A stretch of 20,896 nucleotides of DNA, taken from Candidatus Thorarchaeota archaeon. Its GTDB lineage: Archaea; Asgardarchaeota; Thorarchaeia; Thorarchaeales; Thorarchaeaceae. The notes beneath the pieces were generated by a model. The model saw only the letters and a list, made by a program, of their open reading frames with translations. It made no database searches and was not told the origin of the DNA. The first letter of the stretch is position 1; each line of letters opens with the position of its first letter. A program made the translations under genes and the position numbers. The stretch covers positions 1 to 20,896 of the forward strand of contig PRDJ01000034.1 in NCBI GenBank assembly GCA_003345555.1. Direction: 5' to 3'. Below, in pieces: positions 8,965-15,854 of the stretch.

Positions 8965-10089
8965 TCACCTTAGGCACTTGACGAGCCTATCGATTTCCTC
9001 ATGCGTGTTGTAGAAGTGGGGTGACACTCGGAGTCTGCCGTTTCGTACAGAGCAGTGAATCTTGCTCTTCAAGAGCATTGCCTGTAGTTTGTCCACGTCT
9101 CGAGGAGCGCATGAGACGATTGCGGAGTTGTTCTTGGGTCCAAACTCATAGTAGCCTATGCCGATTTCAGAAAGTCTCTTTCGGAGATAGGCTGCGTTGT
9201 CTAATGCGGCTCTCTCCCTAGCGCTCGCAGGCAGTTTCAGTAGAACCTTCAGTGATTCATTCATTCCAACATAGGATAAGATTGCAGCTGAGCCCACTTC
9301 GAACTTGCTCGCCGTTGCCAAGGGCGCTTTCTCGGAATAGCTGAAGTCGTCCATGTTCTCGACTCCAAACCAGCCTAGGAATCTCGGTCTTATCTCATCA
9401 ATAACGCTCTTCCTGACATAGACAAATCCGGCGCCCACAGGGCCAAGCAACCATTTGGCTGCTTGAGCAGCTGCGAAGTCAACCTCCTCCTTTTCTAGGT
9501 CAATACTGATGCATCCCGCCGCTTGGATGATGTCTGCAAAGAGGTAGCCGCCTGAGTCGTGCACGACACGAGCCAGCTCTTTGAGCTGTGTTCTGAATCC
9601 AGAAGCGAACTGAACCTGACTGACGGCGACAACTCTCGTATTGTCATCGATTCTCTCCTTGAAGCTCTCAATGGGGACGGCGCCGCCTTGCGATTTCACG
9701 ACTCGAAGTTCTGCGCCGTATATTCTGGCAGCATTCTGCCAAGGAACGTAGTTTGCAGGGAATTCCAAGTCGCATATGACGATGTTCGAACCTTGAGGAT
9801 ATTGGACCCCGTGCGCAAATGCGTTGATTCCTTCCGAAGTACTTGGTACTAGGCCATACTGTGCATCAGTTCCTCCCAGCAGTTTCGACAGTGAACCTCG
9901 GGCTGTTCTGAGGATCTCCATAATCCGCTCGAAATCATCGTTGGCATGGGCTATGCCATCAAGGTATTCCTTCATTGCCCGTATCGTTATAGAAGGCGGA
10001 ATACCCGTCGAGGCATTGTTTAGATACGTCATTTCTGCGAGCGTGGGAAAGTACATGGCTACGAAAGCAGAGTCGATGTTATCGGGCAT
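8965..10089 (-). CDS. PLP-dependent class V aminotransferase / cysteine desulfurase-like protein
   Basis: YLNNASTG, STSEGIN, EFPANYVPW, VSQVQFASG, ADIIQAAG, PLP lysine AAKWLLGP and LRVSPHFYN. ATG 10089 is chosen, with TTTATC about 27-32 nt upstream (possibly leaderless). The ORF-track extension to 10374 overlaps the GTPase and looks non-coding. Confidence 0.88.
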   Translation of the reverse strand: MPDNIDSAFVAMYFPTLAEMTYLNNASTGIPPSITIRAMKEYLDGIAHANDDFERIMEILRTARGSLSKLLGGTDAQYGLVPSTSEGINAFAHGVQYPQGSNIVICDLEFPANYVPWQNAARIYGAELRVVKSQGGAVPIESFKERIDDNTRVVAVSQVQFASGFRTQLKELARVVHDSGGYLFADIIQAAGCISIDLEKEEVDFAAAQAAKWLLGPVGAGFVYVRKSVIDEIRPRFLGWFGVENMDDFSYSEKAPLATASKFEVGSAAILSYVGMNESLKVLLKLPASARERAALDNAAYLRKRLSEIGIGYYEFGPKNNSAIVSCAPRDVDKLQAMLLKSKIHCSVRNGRLRVSPHFYNTHEEIDRLVKCLR

Positions 10090-10190
10090 TGAATCGGAGT
10101 AGCGTGGCAGCTTCAGATAAAGCTCACTGGAACAAGCAATCCCCCCAAAGTTTAAGGGTTGCCTACACCGGCTAGGAATCGGAGAGCGGC

Positions 10191-11045
10191 TTGTCGGTAT
10201 TTCACAGGCTAGCGGCGCGCCTAAGGAGGCACAAGGACAAACGGCCTCCTTACGCCGGAGATGCAGCCCCAACACCATCGGTTCCTGCCAAAGAGCCTGC
10301 AGCTGGTGTGCCGAGCAAGCCTGTGAAGTCTTCATCAGCGAAGGAGCACAAGCCTCCAGCACCGATGGGCACATTGGTGGCGTCGAGCGAGGGTTTCATG
10401 TTCGATCCCACCACTACGATGAATCTGGCTAGGGCCGCGGATATCCGGCCCCAAGACCCTGCTGAGATCGTGCCCGGCAAGGTCTTGAAGCGTGATGAGA
10501 AAGGGAGAATCCACATCAAGATAGTCTTCTATGGTCCTTCTCTGTCGGGGAAGACTACGGCACTCCGTTGGCTGTTTGCGAATGTCAGATCTCTCTCAAA
10601 GGGCAAGATCATTGAAATCGGGGATGAGCTGGGGCGGACAACGTTCTTCGACTTTGTCCCCGTTTCTGCAAGCGAGAAAATCGTGTTTGATGTTTTCACT
10701 GTCGCCGGTCAGAGACGCCATGCAAGCAACCGCATCTCCGTTCTACGAGACTCGGACGGACTCATCTTCATGGCTGACAGTACACCGGAACAGATGAACG
10801 AGAATCTGGCATCTATCGGCGAGCTTCGGATGGCTTTGGGTACAGACAGAATGGCTACTCTCCCGATAGTCGTGTCACTCAACAAGAGAGATGTGGCGAA
10901 TGCTCTGCCTGTCGACTACATGATCTCAATGATGGGACTTGAAGGCTACCCCGTTTTTGGGACTGTAGCCACGGTGGGCACAAATCTGTTGAGAATGTTT
11001 CAGAGAATCCTGAGAGATGCGCTCATTTTCAAGGTTGGAATATGA
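10191..11045 (+). CDS. MglA-like small GTPase with a Pro/Ala/Lys-rich N-terminal extension
   Basis: G1 KIVFYGPSLSGKTT, GRTTFFDF, G3 TVAGQ, G4 NKRD and G5 TVATVG. The TTG start is supported by TTTAAG at 10151-10156 and GGAG at 10181-10184; an alternative ATG is at 10365. Confidence 0.88.
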   Translation: MSVFHRLAARLRRHKDKRPPYAGDAAPTPSVPAKEPAAGVPSKPVKSSSAKEHKPPAPMGTLVASSEGFMFDPTTTMNLARAADIRPQDPAEIVPGKVLKRDEKGRIHIKIVFYGPSLSGKTTALRWLFANVRSLSKGKIIEIGDELGRTTFFDFVPVSASEKIVFDVFTVAGQRRHASNRISVLRDSDGLIFMADSTPEQMNENLASIGELRMALGTDRMATLPIVVSLNKRDVANALPVDYMISMMGLEGYPVFGTVATVGTNLLRMFQRILRDALIFKVGI

Positions 11046-11062
11046 ATCTGTCAGGTCCCCAC

Positions 11063-11797
11063 CTATCCCTTCGTCAGTGGGAGTTCCCCCTTCTCAAGCT
11101 GGGCTATGAGTTCGAGCAGTTCTCTTGCGGCTTCTTCCATGAATCGGCTTCCCTTCTCGCGCGTTGCTTTCGTCGGGTCCCCGCGGACGGCCGAAGGAAA
11201 GAGCTCTCCTCGGTATCTGGCAGACACGACGGCATACTTGGTTTTCACTTCAGAACTCTTGTAGGATGACGTGTCCACCAGGTCAGGCCGCACGCACATC
11301 ATTTCCGAAGTCTCATCCTCGGCGGCGTGGCCTTCAGGAGATTCCAAGAGCTTCTGTCTGATTTCCTTCCCGAGGTCTATCCACCAGTTCACTACTATGA
11401 CAGCACGTTCACCCCCCGTTGTGGATTTCCTTGCCGCGAGTTGGAGCAGAGAAGAGTTACCGCCATGACCGTTGAGTGCAACAATGTATCTGAAACCATG
11501 CTTGAAGACCCCCTCCATTACATCACTGTAGTAGTTGAGCAGAGCGGCAGGAGTCACACAGACTGTGCCCTCGAACTCCTCAAAGGTCCAACTTTCTCCG
11601 AACGGGATTGGCGGCAGTACGAGCGCCTTCGTTCTATTAGCAACAATGTCTGCGAGATAGTTCGGAAGAATCGTGTCAGAGCCGAGAGGAAGATGATCTC
11701 CGTGCGCTTCAAGCGCACCCACAACCATGAGCGCTACCTCGGTCTCGTGGCAAGCCTTGATGAACTGCTTGTGTGTGAGTTCTAGCCAGTATGGCAT
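11063..11797 (-). CDS. Creatininase/creatinine amidohydrolase family protein
   Basis: VGALEAHGDHLPLGSD, LNGHGGN and GHAAEDETS. ATG 11797 is preferred over TTG 11824. Actual substrate unknown. Confidence 0.9.
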   Translation of the reverse strand: MPYWLELTHKQFIKACHETEVALMVVGALEAHGDHLPLGSDTILPNYLADIVANRTKALVLPPIPFGESWTFEEFEGTVCVTPAALLNYYSDVMEGVFKHGFRYIVALNGHGGNSSLLQLAARKSTTGGERAVIVVNWWIDLGKEIRQKLLESPEGHAAEDETSEMMCVRPDLVDTSSYKSSEVKTKYAVVSARYRGELFPSAVRGDPTKATREKGSRFMEEAARELLELIAQLEKGELPLTKG

Positions 11798-11903
11798 ATG
11801 TCGGTCGGGATACTCTCGTCTCAATCAGACCTAATTAACCATCTGGAAAGTGAGAGCTGCCTTAAATCCGAGGGAGCATGTTCTGATTTTCGGCGGGCAC
11901 GAC

Positions 11904-11919
11904 CGAAAAGGTAATTAAA
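11904..11919 (+). promoter_or_regulatory. BRE-TATA promoter of tRNA-Gln (CGAAAA-GG-TAATTAAA)
   Basis: Purine-rich BRE followed by a TATA box, about 60-70 nt upstream of the mature tRNA 5' end. Confidence 0.55.
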
Positions 11920-11980
11920 GCAGGTCAACGAGCCCCCGAACTGGACCCCGTAAAGGGGTGCTCGCCCCTTTTTGGAAACT

Positions 11981-12086
11981 AGCCCCGTGGTGTAGTGGTC
12001 CAGCATAGGAGCCTCTGGAGCTCTTGACCGAGGTTCGAAAAGCTGCAGGATTCGTCCGCAACTCGGACTTCCTCGCGGGGCTACCA
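11981..12086 (+). tRNA. tRNA-Gln(CUG) with a 30-nt intron at position 59/60 (12040-12069) and encoded CCA
   Basis: Acceptor stem AGCCCCG/CGGGGCT with A1-U72, D stem GTGT/GCAT, anticodon stem GGAGC/GCTCT with CTG at 12015-12017, and T stem CGAGG/CCTCG. Removing 12040-12069 restores the loop TTCGAAT and a 76-nt tRNA. A full BHB motif flanks the intron. Confidence 0.95.
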
Positions 12087-12568
12087 TCCCATTTCTTCCC
12101 AGAGAGCGTTCCTTGAATCTTCAGGTCGTCGGTTCAAGAACAACACAACCGTGATCAGACAGCAAGCAGACTCAAAACGACGCTCTTATGACCAAAACCG
12201 CAGTCATCCCAAAAAACGAAAGCGACTTTCATTTTTGGCAGAGCTGGCGCGTTTCATCTAGGAACTATACATTTATAGGCACTTATGTGATTGAATAATC
12301 GGAGATTCAGACCCGCAGCTGCATGGTTCTTCTATGCGAGCGTCCTGTTGTGTTATTCTGCGTCCCTCCCGGCGGAGATTAACAGGGGGCGGGTCCCTCC
12401 ATCTTTTTGTCGTCAAGTCTATCACGAGCTGCTGTATGAGTCATCTTTGTCTACAGAGAGTGCGGCGATTTCAGTTCACTCTGAAGGGCTTGGCGACTGA
12501 CGCCATACTGAATCCATGATAATGTTCATATCATTTCCACCTGAAGCGGTCAGCTGGTTGAGCGATTA

Positions 12569-13348
12569 ATGGAACAGATTGAGCGCGGCTGGGATGACTT
12601 CTGGGCCGAGGTACTGCGCGTAAGATACAGAAACACGCTACAGGGTATTGAGCAATACGACAAGATGGTTGCAGATTTCTGTATCGAGGTCTTGCACCTT
12701 CATTCAGGTAGCAAGCTTCTTGATATCGCCTCAGGAGCAGGCGACCAGAGCATTGAATTCGCCAAGCGCGGAATAACTGTGACCGGTTTCGATCTAGCAA
12801 GGAGCCTTGTGACGGTCGCCCAAGAACGCGCAAGACAAGAGGCAGTCGCAGTCAACTTCTATCAGGGCGACATGCGCGATATGAGCTACAATCAGCGTTT
12901 CGATGCTGCGGTTATGCTCAGCCACAGTTTTGGTTTCTTCAATCACGAGGAAAACAAGCGCGTCTTGAGGGAGTCTCACGAAGCGCTTGTCGATGGTGGC
13001 TCTCTACTGCTGGACCTCATGAATCCGTACAACCTGCCCGTGTTCCAGAGAACTTGGACAAAGATTGAAGGTGGCTATTTGCTGAGTGAGCCTCATGTCT
13101 TCGATGCACCTGCGGGCGTTCTCAGGGGTCGATCTCCAACATTCATTGATGTAGAGAGAGGGGTTGTCGTCCTCGCATCTCAGGATGCTTTGGCAAACAG
13201 CGATATCCGGATGTACACTGCACCTGAGATACGATCATTGCTCGAGCAAGTAGGCTTCACGAAGGTGGAGCTTTATGGCCAGAACAAGCTTCCTCGGATG
13301 CCATACACAGTCAAGTCGGATAGACTGGTAGCTATCGCCACCCGGTGA
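12569..13348 (+). CDS. Class I SAM-dependent methyltransferase
   Basis: Motif I LLDIASGAG, VTGFDL, QGDMR, FDAAV...SFGFF and LVDGGSLLLD. Substrate unknown. Confidence 0.9.
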   Translation: MEQIERGWDDFWAEVLRVRYRNTLQGIEQYDKMVADFCIEVLHLHSGSKLLDIASGAGDQSIEFAKRGITVTGFDLARSLVTVAQERARQEAVAVNFYQGDMRDMSYNQRFDAAVMLSHSFGFFNHEENKRVLRESHEALVDGGSLLLDLMNPYNLPVFQRTWTKIEGGYLLSEPHVFDAPAGVLRGRSPTFIDVERGVVVLASQDALANSDIRMYTAPEIRSLLEQVGFTKVELYGQNKLPRMPYTVKSDRLVAIATR

Positions 13349-13484
13349 AATCACAGGACGATAGGCTTTTATGAGCAAAATGGGGTGGGGGCCAAAGTCA
13401 GTGACGAGGGTATCGGCGACTGGGCCGAGTTCTCTTACACCGATTGTCTGATTTCGGAATTATCGTATTCAGAGAGTGAGTAGA

Positions 13485-15698
13485 ATGGTCAAAATAAAAG
13501 ACCCGGACGCAATCAGGGCACTGATAAAGTCTGACGATTACGCGCATAAGAGGATCATATCGATTAGCGCACACGTTGATCACGGCAAGACAACAACGAG
13601 CGACTACCTGCTACGCCATGCCGGTCTGATGAGTGATGCAGCTGCGGGACAGGTGCTCATGACCGACAGCGACTGGGAAGAGCAGCAACGAGGAATCACA
13701 ATCTTCACCTCAGTAGTTCTACTCGAATGCGAAGTTGACGGAGAGGAATACTTGATCCAGCTTTCTGATACGCCAGGTCACCTGTCATTCACTGGCGAAG
13801 TATCACGTGCGCTCAGGGCAAGCGACGGAGTCGTGATCCTCGTTGATGCCTTGGAAGGCGTTCGTACTCAGACTGAAACCAACATACGGCTTTCGGTCGG
13901 CGGCGAAGGATGCAAGCCCGTGCTGTTCGTGAATAAGGTTGACCGTCTTATCAATGAACTGAAGTTGCCCCCTGCCAAGGTCTACGAGCGTATTGATGCA
14001 ATCATCAAGAAGGTGAACGACCTCATTGCAAAGGTTGCTCCGCCAGAATTCCTCAAAACTTGGAAGGTCAGCTTTCAAGAAGGTAGTGTAGCAGTGGGAA
14101 GTGCGAAGACCGGTTGGGCATTCACTATGAAAACCCTAGATAAGAAGGGGATAAAGCCCATAGTGGTCTTCGAGAAGTATCAGCAAGGTCAGGCAGACTG
14201 GCTTAGGCAGAACCTGCCTCTTGATGAAGCCCTTCTTGAGATGATTGTCCATCATTTGCCTAACCCGAAGGACGCACAGAAATACAAGATTCCCCGGATT
14301 TGGAAAGGCGACCTTGACAGCGTACAGGGCAAGGCACTTCTGAGCTGCGACCCGAAGGGTCCTGTCTTGGGCATGATAACCAAGATTTACGTTGACCCGA
14401 AGAGCAAGAGGCCAACTCTGATTGGGCGTGTTTTCTCAGGCACACTCAAGGCAGGCGACGAGATTTTCTTGGTAAACAGGAGAGAGAAGGCAACTGTGAA
14501 ACGTCTTGGCGTGCAAGAGATCACGGATATGCTTGACATCGATGAGGTGCCTGCTGGGAATCTGTTCTCGGTCTTCGGTTTCATTTGCCCCGCTGGCGAA
14601 TCGTTTGTTGAGGCTGGCTCAGATATGAAGCCATTCGAGGCTATCCAGTATGCGAGCGAACCAGTTGTGAGCCGGAGTATCAAGCCTGTTGACCCTCAGG
14701 ACATAGCGAAGCTCGACGACGTCGTCTCCAAGTGGATTATGGCTGACCCAACAGCCCGGTTCCACCGCGACAAGGAATCCGGAGAGTATCGGCTGGATGG
14801 AATCGACCCACTACAGATTGAGATTCTTACGGAAAGGATTGACGAGCAGGTCAAAATCAAGATATCGGACCCAGTAATAGTCTACCGTGAGAAGATATCA
14901 AGTCGCGGCGGTGAGTTTCACACGAAGTCTCCCAACGGCCACAACAGACTGAGGGTATATGTCGAGCCTCTTGACGAGATGACCCTCGACCTCTTCCGGA
15001 AGAAGAAGATATTCTCAGACATGAAGCCTCAAGAGGTAGGCCCGATTCTGCGTGAGGAGGCACATTGGGACTCAAAGGAAGCAAAGAAGATTCTTGACAT
15101 CTATGAGTCTTGCCTGCTTGTTGACGCCATGTCTGGTGTGCAAAGGTTCGAGAGAATACTCCCTTACGTGCAAACCACTTTCAGGGACTTTGTTGATTCC
15201 GGCCCCCTCGCACACGAGCCGGTAATGGGGATCAAGGCTGTCGTGACGGATGCGACTGTTCACAATGATCCTGCTCACACTGGGTTCACTGAAATCACAA
15301 CGATGACAGCTGCTGCTCTCAACATGAGCTTCTTGACTGCCAGTCCTTCTCTGTATGAGCCGGTCCTTAATGTTGACATAAAGACTCCAACGGATACTCA
15401 GGGTGCTGTCATCAAGGTTCTGACAGGCCACAGAGGACAAATAGTGACCATAGAGTCAGAGGAGGACACAGTCACTGTGAAGGGTATGCTCCCGACTGCT
15501 GAGACAATCGGTATCGCGGACGAGTTCAGAGGAGCGACCTCGGGTAGGAGCTTCTTTGGTTACGAGTTCAAGGGGTTCGATCCGTTGCCTGCAAGCATGC
15601 AGCAAGAGAAAATCTTGGACATACGTAAGCGAAAGAAGATGCCCGCCGAGATGCCCAATACTGCCTCGTGGGCTAGGTTTGTCTACAAGAGAACATAG
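13485..15698 (+). CDS. fusA: Translation elongation factor EF-2 family protein (HTG at the diphthamide loop)
   Basis: AHVDHGKTT, RGITI, DTPGH, NKVD, KSPNGHN, HNDPAHTG (15261-15284), SPSLYEP, FRGATSGR and IRKRK. ATG 13485 is chosen. Whether it is the canonical copy or the paralog is unresolved. Confidence 0.93.
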   Translation: MVKIKDPDAIRALIKSDDYAHKRIISISAHVDHGKTTTSDYLLRHAGLMSDAAAGQVLMTDSDWEEQQRGITIFTSVVLLECEVDGEEYLIQLSDTPGHLSFTGEVSRALRASDGVVILVDALEGVRTQTETNIRLSVGGEGCKPVLFVNKVDRLINELKLPPAKVYERIDAIIKKVNDLIAKVAPPEFLKTWKVSFQEGSVAVGSAKTGWAFTMKTLDKKGIKPIVVFEKYQQGQADWLRQNLPLDEALLEMIVHHLPNPKDAQKYKIPRIWKGDLDSVQGKALLSCDPKGPVLGMITKIYVDPKSKRPTLIGRVFSGTLKAGDEIFLVNRREKATVKRLGVQEITDMLDIDEVPAGNLFSVFGFICPAGESFVEAGSDMKPFEAIQYASEPVVSRSIKPVDPQDIAKLDDVVSKWIMADPTARFHRDKESGEYRLDGIDPLQIEILTERIDEQVKIKISDPVIVYREKISSRGGEFHTKSPNGHNRLRVYVEPLDEMTLDLFRKKKIFSDMKPQEVGPILREEAHWDSKEAKKILDIYESCLLVDAMSGVQRFERILPYVQTTFRDFVDSGPLAHEPVMGIKAVVTDATVHNDPAHTGFTEITTMTAAALNMSFLTASPSLYEPVLNVDIKTPTDTQGAVIKVLTGHRGQIVTIESEEDTVTVKGMLPTAETIGIADEFRGATSGRSFFGYEFKGFDPLPASMQQEKILDIRKRKKMPAEMPNTASWARFVYKRT

Positions 15699-15709
15699 AA
15701 CGCATGGAC

Positions 15710-15737
15710 TGAGTGACGCTCGGAAGAGCGTCGCTCA
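15710..15737 (+). terminator. 12-bp stem-loop with GGAA tetraloop just after the EF-2 stop, followed by a pyrimidine-rich tract
   Basis: TGAGTGACGCTC-GGAA-GAGCGTCGCTCA. The single G.U pair and the GNRA loop work only on the + strand RNA. The terminator role is inferred. Confidence 0.5.
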
Positions 15738-15854
15738 TTGCCTCTTTCTTGACTGCCAAGAGAATGCCGTCTGCTATTTCTTTTGCTTGAAGTGCTCGAG
15801 CAATCATCGGATAGCTTTTTGACCTACATTCAGCTGGATTCAGACGGGATAGCG

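Noticed and set aside
10090-10374. 95-aa N-terminal extension of the class V enzyme in the ORF track
   Set aside because: It spans the divergent promoter and overlaps the GTPase. Family similarity starts only after ATG 10089.
12291-12519. 69-aa and 61-aa ORFs, and a possible C/D box or other ncRNA, between the tRNA and the methyltransferase
   Set aside because: No good SD, no family motifs, and no proper C/D'/C'/D box arrangement.
15699-15745. EF-2 3' hairpin as a SECIS element
   Set aside because: It lacks the AUGA/GA quartet, and there is no in-frame UGA in EF-2 or the neighbouring genes.
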